Notes under the pieces: generated by a model
Told to the model about the DNA's origin: nothing
The model's input: the letters and a program-made list of their open reading frames with translations, nothing else
Database searches by the model: none
In this document: piece by piece, positions 1 through 13,106 of the stretch
How the letters are laid out: each line of letters starts with the position of its first letter
Position numbering within the stretch: the stretch's first letter is position 1
Program-made: the position numbers and the translations under genes
Source of the DNA: Lingula anatina
Taxonomy: Eukaryota > Animalia > Brachiopoda
Direction of reading: 5' to 3'
Length of the DNA stretch: 64,000 bases
Assembly: GCA_051362555.1 (NCBI GenBank)
Contig: CM120640.1
Location: 57,576,788-57,640,787 of the forward strand

Positions 1-3000
1 TAGTTAAATGTTTTACACAAAACACGGCATTACTGTATTCTCTTAGAAAGTAATTTCCAAAACCTTCTTTACCAGGCATTGTGAAAAAATATAATTGATT
101 GTTCAGGACAAAATGTGTCAGTAAAATAAGCGTGTATTTTGTAAAACCCCTCTAGCAAAGTCTAATTTTTGTAAGTATTAATAAAGTGCAAATATTATCC
201 ATTACAAATATTATGGTTGTTGACAACTTTCGTTACAAAAGCAGCTGAAACCTTCGTTACTAAATACAAAAATTTCCCCATACTAGCAAAGCATGAATTA
301 AAAAAAATTCCATGAATTACATAAAAAAGCTACATTTATCTCTTTCTGTCACCAGAGATTTAGAAAAAATAGAATTCGCGTTTATATCTTTAACTTCATT
401 TTCACTTTTCTGTTTTCTTCATATGGACCTATATATTGAATATGAGTTAAAAGACTTGTTGTGGATGTTACAGTTACAGTTAATGTCGAAGGGTATAATC
501 TGACTATGAAATTATTACACAATCTGATCTACGTGTTCATTCATTTCCGCAAAAAAGAAAAAAAGTCTCAAAATACCAATCGATCGAGTACAAGTGCAAC
601 AAATGACACATATAAAATGAAAATTATCACTTTATGTTGACTATTTGACTATTGACGTCATTAATCATGATCACCAGTTCGTTATAACCATTGATAAATG
701 GTCTATTGTTAACTCATTTTTCATTTAATATTTTGCTATATACATACATATATATATATATCCTTTTTTCTGCATTCATTCAATTGATGGCATTTACTTT
801 CTTTGAGGGGGGTTCAACTCATGCGATTGAATCGCTGATTGATTATATATGGGTTGTCTTATGACATGTTTTAAACCAAACCAAGTCTCCGCATGTCCAA
901 TAGCTACCGACTGCTCCTTTATCATAATCCTTTTGCAGGACAAACCCATCAAATCGACCAAAATATATCTTGTGCTCAAAATTCTTTAACAAAGACAAAG
1001 TATAAAATAACATGCTATTTAGAGAAAAATCATTAAAATTGTTGAGTGCGGCCACTACAAGACTTTACATTAATCAATGTAAAAAGGGTATAATTGACTT
1101 GCTTTAAAATGTTTGATAGTAATACCAACTATATCTTTTTTAACCAAACTTACCTTCCACATATGTGATGGACTGTGTGAAAACCCCATGTCGTCCAGCG
1201 ACAAAATTTGCAAAATACTATCATCAAACTCTCTGCCTCTCACTGATATACTCATGCCATCGTGACATTTATAAATACATGTACATATCCGCCATCATCA
1301 CGAAATAAATGTTTTCTTTTGCCGCATGAACTGCGCATGTCTTAACTTTCCGTCACCTACGAGATTGTCAAGTTGGTGATTAGCAACTTTATCCATTTAT
1401 TTGCATCGATAATTGTTACAAGCCTGCTAACCACATAGTTCTGTTACAAACAGATAAATGGATGGCCCATTTTATCATATGGATACAGGCAGTGAAAAGA
1501 AAGAGAAGCACTTATGATGCAGACAGATAGGAGCCCAATATTTTTAAATTAACGAACGCAAATACAAGACCGTGTTTGAAAAAAAAAATTACATTCCAGT
1601 ATGTTTACAGCAATTCTCTGGAAATCTACATTGATATTGACATATTCAAATATTGTTAGGGAATGGCTTGTTCAATTTTTGTGGTTAGTAAACGCTTTAT
1701 TTTTACACGTCTCACTGGATATGGTATTTGTAATTGAGATGGAGATAATGGTCTATTAACTCTCTGATGTATGTGGATGAGGAATTGCGTGTGAATGTAT
1801 GATTATTTGGAAGGTGAGACTGATTAATGGGTTTGCTGCAGATTGGTTATACGAGTCATTGCATGTGGAAGCACATAGAGAAATTCATTATTTCATAAAA
1901 TTGATACTTATACGTATTAATATCATTAGATATCATTAGAAATGATATCAACAGAGGAGAAAGGAACATGTTAAATTATTTTCCAAATGTCAAAAGATGT
2001 ATATTCTCAAAAGTGACAACCATTTGGACTCCTTATAATTCATACTGAGGATATATAACGGTATACAATTTTCATTTTCAAAACAAGTACCATATTACAG
2101 GTTTCACAAAAGAACATCGATTGAAATAGATAGAAATAAGTTCTTAAGTTATTATCATGTTTGAAGATTTAATTTTTGTCATTATTTATGAAAACTTGCA
2201 CACTGAAGCATGTCCCTATTTCTACGTATTTTTTCCTTTAGGGCAATATTATTTTCGGTGGTCAATTTGAATCCTGGACTTTAAAAAACCCAAACAAGAG
2301 CAGAGGGAATAATAACGCAAAATCTAGTAAAACCAACCTTCGATTTATGTGAAGTTTACAAATAGTGTTTTTTTATGCCCAACACTAAAGCTTTTTAATG
2401 TAATCTGCCCACACTCACTCCATTACTTCCGTGTAAATATGATCTTGTCTTTGAAATATTTCACTGAATAACTATCGTGACATTTTAAAGGACTAAAAAG
2501 ACCAAAGGTTATGCAAGCAATTGAGGTAACTTGATGCTCAACGTATTTTCTTGTGAAAAGAATATACATTATTGTTTACATACTGAAGGTTTTCATCCTA
2601 CACGGGAAAAAAATCGAAATCGAAACGTGTGATGAATGAAATCCAACTTAAAGGCATCTTAAGTTTGGTGACATTGTAGTGGCTGTGTGGTTTTCTTGAA
2701 TGAAAAAACGTTTTAAATACAAGTCTTTTCTAGGAAAAAGGCGGGCAGTCACGGAACGGATCTTATATCTTTAAATTTCCCATAAACACGTTTTCCACAT
2801 TTAGTTTTTTTAGGTAGGAAATAATAAATAGGAAATAAATTGAAATGGCGGGGGATGAACTTGCAACACGACTTATAATTAATATTTTAAACATAACTTT
2901 TTTCAAAGTGACGCAAACAATTCTCTTTTATAGGTCAACGTCTAAATTTTACTCTGGTTACACAAATTAGATGATGGTAAATGAACTATTTTTTAATACG

Positions 3001-4499
3001 AAAAGATCAACTTGACAGCATACGGATAGATTCTGCTTTTACGGTCAAAGGTGGTGGTTGAAGTTTGATGATTTTAAGCTAATTTTAGACATGTTCATAT
3101 TTTAATTGAAAGGAGTATGGCTAGGTCGATTTCCCATCGTTCACAGAATTAGCCAAAGAAATACCTGTGAATATCTGTGGCCCTGGTAAAGGATACATTC
3201 ACGCTATTTGTTCCTGAAAAGCAATCATGTTGCTGTTGTGCTGCAAAGTCAATTCACTGTCCCCAAATACGTACATGGTCCAAAAATGGGCACAATCGGA
3301 TCATTTCTTGTTTTTCAGCGATAGTTATAGATTTACCATAACTTGTAATACCAACCAATCGTGAGGCATCAGTCTTACCTCCCTTAGATTCTCACTTAGC
3401 GTCTCCGCAACGCAAATTAACGTTTCCGCAGCTGCACCTGCCATCTGTGTCGTGTTTGTGTAAACATGAAGATCAAAATTAAAAATGGCTGTTCTTATGA
3501 ATATCTCAAACCGCAACTGCGGTTAGTTGTCTTCTTAAATTATTCTCTTTCTGTAAAGTGACGAGTATTCTACAACGTGGTGCTTAAAAATAGATACCAT
3601 CAAATTAGAAAAAATATGCTGAGCATGAAAAAGGTCCGCCGTGAACTCCAAAGGTCGCATTTATGTCTTTAATGTTTTTTAACGTGTCGCAAACTTCGCC
3701 AGGGCTGCTTTCTTATAATGATGATTCGCTCTATACAGTGATCAAACTGTACATGTATATTCTCAGATTTGTAGAATTCTAACATGTCCGAAGAGTATTG
3801 AGCTTTTGAAAGGATTTTAGGTTAAAAAGAAACATAAATTCAGGCCCTGGAATTAAAAAGAAAATACACCATATTTCCAGAAATTATCATCAATTCGATT
3901 TTACGTAATTAACCGCGCCAGCAGTTGCCTTTATCTGTATACCAACGTGTCATCGTCAGAAACGACCACCTTTTCAATACATGTTTGAAAGATGGGGTCA
4001 TCTGTATCCGTCTCCGCTGCGTTTTTTCACTGCATCGTTACTTAGCCTAGCAAAATTATATTACCTGTATCGTTACACCAGCACATCGATACTCCCACCG
4101 GACCATTGCTTACTCTCGCAGGTTTTTGAATGAAAATTTGAAAAATTTAAGAATTGTTTATTTTTTATAAGAATGCTGTATATACAGGATTTAAGTTTAG
4201 GAATTATGTTTTATATATTGCATTTTAACAGGGAGAAGCTATACTTTGGGGGAGTAACAATGTGGGGTAGTGATGGTGCTGGGGTGTAACGACCCGGGGA
4301 GTTACAGTTTGGGAACGTAAAGATGTTACTCTGTACTAGTGCCAAAGTGATAAAATTGATGCACAAATTCTCTCTTAAAGTAGAAAAAAGTAATGTCTTA
4401 GGCAGAGACATGTGTATGAATATCTATTGGAAAATAATTCTGTGGCCCTGGTAGAGGGCAAGGGGATATATATACTTACGTCCAAAAATTTTAAGGCAT

Positions 4500-4688
4500 G
4501 CGAGATGCAGAGCATGCGCACTAATACCACTTGTATACATGATTATTCAAACAGCGAGTGGCGACCCATATACCAAGCTCAGAGCATCTACTGGTTCGTG
4601 ACTTAACCCATTCACATACAGTCACACCAAAATGGCGCTGTCTCAGCATCTAGGTGGAGGGTATATTCGTGCACCAACCATGGTAAGT
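4500..4688 (+). promoter_or_regulatory. Probable promoter and first exon of the synaptotagmin-like gene
   Basis: GCATGCGCA (NRF1-like), CAAAATGGCG (YY1-like, ~4628-4637) and a strong donor ATG|GTAAGT at 4682/4683. Confidence 0.4.
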
Positions 4689-5801
4689 GATAGCATTTTC
4701 ATGCGTTTGAAAAACTTTTAATCGTCCTCAAGGTATAGAAGTCAAGTGCAGCAACCTTGTCTAGAATGCCTCTTACTGTTGACATCTCTAACAGTCGATG
4801 TTACGAAATGATCCAGAAAGTATGGATGGGTGTTTATAGTTTCATATAAAGAAACGAACTTTGGCACATTAATATACTATATTAATGCCACTTACTTCTT
4901 ACTCTAGATGCCTACATACTGCAGTGTTACAGCGGTGATAGCACCCTGTTCCTCGTCCAGAGATCTTTTCGACTATGATGTTAATTTTTTATTGCCATAT
5001 GTTTGTTATCAGAGTCAAACATAGAGTTTGTTGACAAAATATAACCTTGCTCGGGATGGGGGATTAAACTGTAGGGTCGAGCCATGAACTGAATCTGAAA
5101 TAAATGCCTCGACGAGCCCCCGTGGGCGCTGCGGGGGCATTACCTGCGACGGTACTGTGTATTCCCAAACTGTTAGTGTCTTGAGAAATACATAACAGAT
5201 TAAATTTTGCACGAAAAATAGCATGGTCGTGATCGGAAAAAGGGAACTTGAAAAGAAGAAAAGAGAGTGGCTGCTTTGAGATATGATGACTAAACCAAAG
5301 CTTACGTAGTAGGAAGTAAGCCGACACTTTTTTATTTAAAATAAAAGGCGTACAAAGTAAAGAATAATAAAATAAAGTTTGATGAGAAAGTTAATTTTGA
5401 ATAGCATTGGTGGTAACGTAGACATAGTAGAAAGAATAGAAAAGTTATGAATTTAATTTAATAAAATTATTATAATTTCACGCCGATATTAGGGAGAATT
5501 AGGCATTTTAGGAAAACCAACCTTTACTGAGGCATTAGTATTTATGCGCGCACACATATTTAAAGCATCATACTTCTGAATAAAAACGACCTATACAATG
5601 AATGTACTTGTTAGGTAAGTTGTTAAGTAATGATATCGAGGTGCTTCATCCGCTGATTACAATCAACGTTTATGTGCTGCTCCCAAATTACCATCTGTAA
5701 ACGGCAAGGCTAGCAATTTCATGCACAGATAAGATTTGCTAAATTGAATAGACTTGAAATCTAGCCAGAGCATGGAAGCATATAAAAGCATTTTGTTATA
5801 C

Positions 5802-5832
<31 letters not shown>

Positions 5833-7055
5833 ACACACACATACACACACTTTAAATCCTAACAGAGCTATATAAAACGATACTGAGTCCCATATTTACT
5901 ATTGCTTTCTGGTAAAGGTCCAGGACTTCACTCTGGGGGAGGGAGGCACGGAAAAAAGAGAGGGTATAGTTAAACCCATTATGTGCTCTCGTTCCATGGT
6001 AGCTTATGTTTGCATGTAAAGCCATGCCATTAAAGGGGTAAGGGATGCATATGAAGGTACTATCGGTTTTTTGCACCTACCTTAGGGTTTATTATAATTT
6101 TTTATGAGTATTTAAGCCCCGTTTAAATACCTACTCATTCTTAAAAGGCGTGCTTAAATAACATGTGCTTGGGTTGACTGAATGCATAGAATATCAGTAT
6201 CAAAATCATCAGTGAATGTTAAGATCGTTGGCTTCCGCATCACATGGTTAATATATGAACCTATATATTCCAATTCCACCATTACGAGCTTGTTTTAACC
6301 AAAAAGGACATACTAAACGTAAATGTATTTACATTGCTGGTAAATCTTCAGTACATTCAATATGCGAGCCGGCATTTTCGAACAACGTTATCTTGCGGTT
6401 ACCCTAATGCCAATAAATTCTTATAAATTCTTGGATCTTGAATAATGATAGTCATAACAGCATCTTTTGTCCAGGTCATATGAATCCGGTCCATTCAAAA
6501 CACACACATTTATATTAGGATGAAAGGGACATTTGGACGGAACAATACTAGTAAACCTGTTTTGTGGCACTCGATAGCAAAAGGGTAGTGATGGGACATT
6601 AAGTTATAAGGTTGGAGAGACTACCTTCATCGTGGAGCGTACACCTACCGCCCACTAGATATTTGTGAAGTTAAGCTGTGTCAACAAGGCACGTACAGCA
6701 ACGAAGCGTTGAAGCCTGCGTCATCTTGCGTTAAGGGCAGTAACAGCATACACAAATGTTCAGCATTCTCCCCGCGGTCACTCAGAGCACTCGGGGACAC
6801 AGACGCACTGTGTAAATCTAATATGCCATTTTGTTCAGGTGCTACCAGGACAATGGAATATATTAGTTAGGCGGGAGCACCCAGCGTTTACACAGGCGAT
6901 GAGGATATATATCACTTGTATGCGACCTAAGATTGTACAAATGAGTTCTACTCTGCATCCCATTTTATGTAGTGCACTAATTACTTCAGAAAGTATTTAT
7001 AGCGAACGATATTTTTAAATGTTGCATTTCAGATGAATACTTGTTACCAGGCGAA

Positions 7056-9474
7056 ATGATCAACGTCGTGCTCGATACCTGGCAACAGGTAGCCATCATT
7101 GGTGGTTGTGCAGGTTTCCTCCTCCTCGTCTTCTTATGTATGGTGTGCAAACTGTGCCCAGGCTGCTGTCTGTACGAATACTGTCCACTCAAAGCTGTCT
7201 ACCCGGACCATAAATGTAAGTAGCTGCAGAGTTTTATTTTCTGTAATTCTTCTTGACGACACACTAACAATTAAATGTCAGTAAGACGTATTCTTAGAAG
7301 AAGGTTATTTTCTCTAGATTAAGTATCGCTGAATGAATATTTTTGCCGCGTTTCGAGTGGCTTGCATTGTTCAAGTGCATTCCTAGAAAAAGGTGTGGAA
7401 ATTGCGCCGTTTTTGTGGAGAAAAAAATTCGCAGCACAACTTTTAAGGATCTTTTAAGAGAATCGAAACCCTTCTCAAGCTTAAATATAGAATCGAAACT
7501 TTGTCTTTAAAATCTTTTTAAAATGTGATTAAATGGTATTGTAAATGTTTTTTTTTCTTTTACAAAAATGAAATAAAGTTACTGCAGGGTTTTTGTTAAT
7601 TATTTATGTCTTCACTTGTTCTAAATGATACCCACGTCGTGTTTGAATTCAACATAGATGAACATTTCACCAATATTTATATTCTGTGTAATCCAGTATT
7701 ATCAACATTGCTTATTATTTTTGCTATTGTATTGCGTTTCACATTTCTTTTGAAATGAGTTATCAAATTGTAAGTGCAGCTTTTCTTACTTCTAAGAACC
7801 CAGTCTATATTCTATGAGGGCTGTAAAAGATATTTTCTTACTATTTATCTGAGATAAATTACAACTTCACTATAAGAATTGTCTGTTGCTGTGTACTAGT
7901 GTTGAACGTTTCATATTTGTAGTTTTTTCAGTGGTAAAGAGTTATGGTTTCATTTGCAGATGAAAATATACGGATAGCCTATAAAGAAGAAGAGAAATTC
8001 CCTACAAAAGCGTACAAGCTGTCCCCTTTACCTTCCACAGAGTACATTTATAATTTAGAGCACAAAGGAACTGATACAGTAAGTTTAAAGCTATCCTTGA
8101 TGTACAAGTGCGTCCGACTAAACATATGATATTATGCGTCATGGCGTCTGTTTGGTGTGTATGCGTAGACCTGGAATTGAAAATAACGTGGAAGATCTGG
8201 GAAGTGTTTGGGCGAAAATAGACGTAGTTAAAATGAAATAGAAACGAAAGTGATTCAGAAGGCAACATTTCTAACATGGTAAAGTGAAGGCTCGTCATTT
8301 GAATTTATCTATGGAATTAAATACTCGGTAATGGCATGAGCGTGAATTATAGTCATCAAAAATACAAAAAAGGATATGAAATTGATTGTGCTAAATGAAC
8401 AACTTGGAGGATAGCTTGAAAAAACACACTTATCGTTCCATAATCCGACATCGATGACTAATAATGATTATTATAATCTTTTCTCATTGGCCGCATTTCA
8501 ACAAATGAAAAGCATTAGTTACGAATTGATTATTAAAAGTTAAAAAAAATAAGAATAAAAAAATCATCATTATAAATAAGATCAGTTTAAAAGGATGGAA
8601 GATATAAAACAATAACACTCATCCGTATAAATTATGCTATAAATTGATTTAAACATGCAAGTTTCTTAACGTTTCTTAAAACTATCCAAGTCATTTGCAA
8701 TTTTTATATCAATATGCAAAGTATTCCACAGATTTGGTGCATATGTTGTGCCCATTCACCATATTGCTAGTTGAATGTTTTAAGAGTAAATTATTAAAAG
8801 CAGAATACCTTGTTATAATATTTTTATGAGTGAATTATTAAAAACGCTGCAGGCCTTTTTTAAACAAAATTCTTCTCTTTGTTCATTTATACACACATTA
8901 ATTTGCTTGGTTGTTTCTTTCTTATTTTTATTCCAGGTGAATGGCTTGTTTATTATGCCCAAAGACTACGGCTCCGTGGAAAGTCTACCCATGTCTGATG
9001 GCACTAGCGACTCGGGCCTCAGCAAACCTCCTAGACCAAATTTATCCTTCACGTTAAGTTATTATAATAAGGACGAAAAACTTGTGATAAATATCACAGA
9101 GGCGCGTAATCTGCCGCCTAAAGATGCTAGTGGTGTTTCAGACTTCTTTTTGCGAGTCTCTTTCATCATATCGAAAAAACGTCGCAAACGGCGACAGAAA
9201 AAGTCCACTGACGAGCAAGAATTTACCGTGGAGACGAACCACTATCGCCGCTCACAGGACTTAGAGATCCAAGAAACACTTGCTATGAGTATGAAATCTA
9301 GCGAGTTGAAGCACGCCGTGTTGAAGTTCGTTGCCTGCGAGGCGGACAGGTATTCTAGGTGCCGGGAGTTAGGACAAGTTGTGATAAACCTGAAAGAAAT
9401 CTCTTTTGCAGAAGAAGTGCAACTTACTGAGGTTTTTCGGGAAGTGGAAAAGGTAGGCGTGAAATAAGTTAAAA

Positions 9475-9554
<80 letters not shown>

Positions 9555-10932
9555 TAAAGCAAAACATTTAAATCTTCTTTACTATAATATGGTTCAAAGA
9601 TTATTTTTTTGCTAATTGTCTGTCCATTTCACTGCGAGTTGACTTATTTGACACAATTGTTCATAAAGGATATAAAATACTGTATGTTCTAAGCGAAGCA
9701 TTCATGTATGCCGACATTGTAGACATGGAAATATTATACCAGCATTATATGTTCTGATTTTATATAACGGCAGGAATACTGTCCCAGCAATTATTAATGA
9801 ACCACATTTCAGAGGAAACATTAAACCCTTAATTTCTCTGATGATTGTTATTTCCCTCCAGGATGAACAGTTAATTTCTCCGATAATTGTTATTTTCCTT
9901 CAGGATTCTCTGGGTGAAATCCTGGTGTCCCTGTCGTATCTCCCTTTGGCAGAGAGAATCACAGTCACAATCATTAAAGCAATAAATCTTCTATCACCTG
10001 CAGTAGATGTCAAATACCCAAGTAAGAATTTAAACAGGGCGATAATTCTATTTTCGAAAATATTAGTTAATTCTAAATGATTAGGAAATTCGGGGGGGGG
10101 GGGGGGGGGTATTACAGAAGTCATTAAATATTAGATTTAGCCGGTATTGGAGGAAACGTCTCTCATGGCATTTCGAAAATCGGCAGTGCATACAATTATA
10201 AAGGGCATTACAAATTCTATCAGGCTGCGAAACTCACGTGGATACGGAAACCCACATCCACGCGTGCTTTGAAATATTCATATATTGATGTCGAAAATAC
10301 ATTTTACTCGGTAATATTTAGAATTATTATCATAACAAGCCATCGTGACAAGATTACCGCTACTAGTCACACAGCCTTTTTAGTAGTTAGTAGTATTCAA
10401 TATCCCACTCGTTAAATTTCATTGGAAAGGCATGTCGGGAAATTATTTTACCTGCAATATGACTGGCCTGAATTTTAATACATTATAAAACATATATGTA
10501 TATACCTGTATGTCTCAATTAAAAAAAAAACGTAATGAAAACCACAAATACAGACAATTATTTATTATGAAATAAAAATCCTGTTGATATGTAATATGAC
10601 GCCAACAATTTATTTCAGATGTCTACACGAAAGTTGTTATGGTCCACGACGGAAAAGCCTTGCAAAAACGAAGAACTGCCACTCACGGAGGAACGACGGA
10701 GCCGGTTTTTAACGAGGCCTTGTCATTTGACGCACCGGCAGAGAAGATGGAGAACCTTACCTTCGCTGTGACTGTCATGCATGCCATGTCGTTACAAGGG
10801 AGCAATGAGTTTGACAAAGTAATAGGTAAAGCTTGGCTTGGGAGAGACTTTAGTGGAGAAGCTCAAGACCACTGGTTTGAAGTTATCAGAAATCCAAGAA
10901 AACCAATAGCTAAATGGTATAGGTTGATGTGA
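7056..10932 (+). CDS. Synaptotagmin-like protein (N-terminal TM, Cys cluster, tandem C2A/C2B), ~408 aa, probably atypical/Ca2+-independent
   Basis: Exons 7056-7215, 7960-8078, 8937-9452, 9904-10021, 10619-10932 join in frame at GT-AG sites. TM VAIIGGCAGFLLLVFLCMVC followed by a Cys-rich segment. C2A: LSFTLSYY..KLVINITEARNLPPKDASGVSD. C2B: LGEILVSLSYLPLAERITVTIIKAINL..EPVFNEALSF..HWFEVIRNPRKPIAKWYRL. The true start codon is uncertain. Confidence 0.85.
9476..9552. repeat. (TA)n microsatellite
   Basis: Uninterrupted TA run. Similar runs at ~36932-36966 and ~48063-48117. Confidence 0.95.
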
Positions 10933-13106
10933 AAATGCGCTTAACAACAACATGTCATTAATAATTCCTCACACAGAGGGTCTTGCTCTTTTAACTTATA
11001 GACGAACCCAGAGGATAGCATTTTTATCCTTCCAAACTATATTTTTACGATCTACTGATTGGGATGGAAGCGTTCGTTTACCCGCACAACTCTTGGTTTT
11101 ACGGGTTATTGTATTTGCACGTTTTATATTTTAGTATATCTGCTATGATACAAGCTACTACGTTGGTTGTATAAAGGAACTGTTATCATGGAATTTAACG
11201 TGTGTACGGGTATATAGCAGATTTCAGACGAAGTACAATCGAATGAGACAGTAGCGCACACTGAAAACTGATACACATTCCAATGCATTACAAATATATT
11301 TAATTTTAGAGTCTCAGTTATGAGCCTCACGTGAAATTTGCAGTGCTTATTTCTACTTGCATTTTGTACGTGTCCACCTAAGTTAATATTATTTATTCTC
11401 TGATATATCATTAGACTCAAAATTTAAGTTACTCTGGACGAAAAAGTGCTGCAGCTATTCGTGTCACTGCATGCTCTATAATGGGTTATTTCAGTACGAC
11501 ACCCTCATCGTTGGCGACTAGTTCATTCCTAACGTGACCAACACTGCAGCATCTACAGAAAGATAATGATGTTGAACTTATTTCTCCGGGAAACATATTA
11601 AAGGATATGACGATATTAATTCTTGTAATCTCTTCTGCGTTAGTGAATATTAACTCAGTTACTGTATTTTTGCACTTTGCTCTTTTTCACGGTTACAATT
11701 TTTCGATTTATATTTGTTGCAATGTAAACTTTATTTGTGCAATATCTTTCAATGTTTAACATCGCATTGGCAGTTATTATTTGAATATATATTTATCTTA
11801 GATTGTGAAATACTGCGAAAGGGCCACTTACAATTTTAAGCTTTATTAAATTATATTGCCATTGTATTGGCTGCAAATAGTCTGAATTCAAGCCTCCCTG
11901 TATTTATAAATTGTTTACCAATGGTTGTCGTCCTATGTAAAGTACGACACGGTTATATAAATATTTTATTGCTCAGTATACTCGTGTTGGGCGGCGGGTA
12001 CTTTCCAGGAACTATCCTGGTGGGCATTTTCATATTATTAACGGATAAACCCTATTATTAATGTTTTAGTACAGGGGTAGTCCAGGGTCAATATTAGTAA
12101 CTAGCAAAATCATGTATTAAAAGGTAATTTTATTCAGACGACCCTGAAAATCCATTAAGGTCATAACAAGAAATAACACTGTGATGTGCACGATTGGAGA
12201 CATTTGGTAAAATGCATAGAACGGAGGCTGGATTCCGCATCAGTTCTTACTGCGTGATTATTGGTCAAGAAAAGGTCCAAGATCGGCACAGTAGAACGAG
12301 CTTTAAATAGTATGCGTCAGGTTTGCAGATTGACTATGTCTACCTTTTTAGGAGATGGCAGGTTTTTTTTTAAGATTTCATTTTACATGACAACACCTAC
12401 CCTTGTCACAATGACATATGACAACCTAGCCACACTATATAATAAGGGACCTGTCCCAAACTGGTAGTTTACATGTAGCTGCTACTTTTAGTTCTAGGTC
12501 TTACACGAAAGGTAACGTTTATTGGAGCAAATCCAAGGCTTGAAAATAATGTTTCGGAAAAAGGAGCCCCGCATAAAATTTCACTGGCGCGAATAACTAA
12601 GCAGTGCGCAGTGTGTGATGATATGCCTTCGTCTACTGTGTCATGCCAAGAAGAAAAAAAGACACAAAAACAGAATTAGATGTTAAGACTAAGTCTTAAA
12701 GAGGTTGCAGATTTAAATAATGTATTTGACAGTAAAATTATACCCGATTTCAACCAATTATGAAAGCTTACAGCAAATGCCTCTTTATTTATAAGACTAC
12801 TCAAATAGATTTGGTATTCCTCTAAAAAATTTAATTGTAAATAGCATTTAAGAGTAAGAGATACCACAATATTGTTCATAAATTTGTTTTGTTGAATAAA
12901 GAAAATTTTATTTCTGTTATCCATAACTATTTACATAGTTATCATACATATATTTTTTACATAATAACAAACTTATTTTCTTCTCCTTGATAGCTGCAAA
13001 TGTTTTGATAACTTCTAAACAAAATGTACAGTCTTAACTTGAACATGCCTTTGCCTATGCACACAAAATACATTCACAGTTTACAATCCACGCATACTGT
13101 ATAAAA

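Noticed and set aside
794-1255. Adjacent short minus-strand ORFs
   Set aside because: No recognisable motif or splice framework; probably chance.
4030-4330. G-rich/C-rich ~15-bp degenerate repeats in inverted arrangement (similar at 45620-45780)
   Set aside because: Probably an old MITE, but termini and TSD could not be defined.
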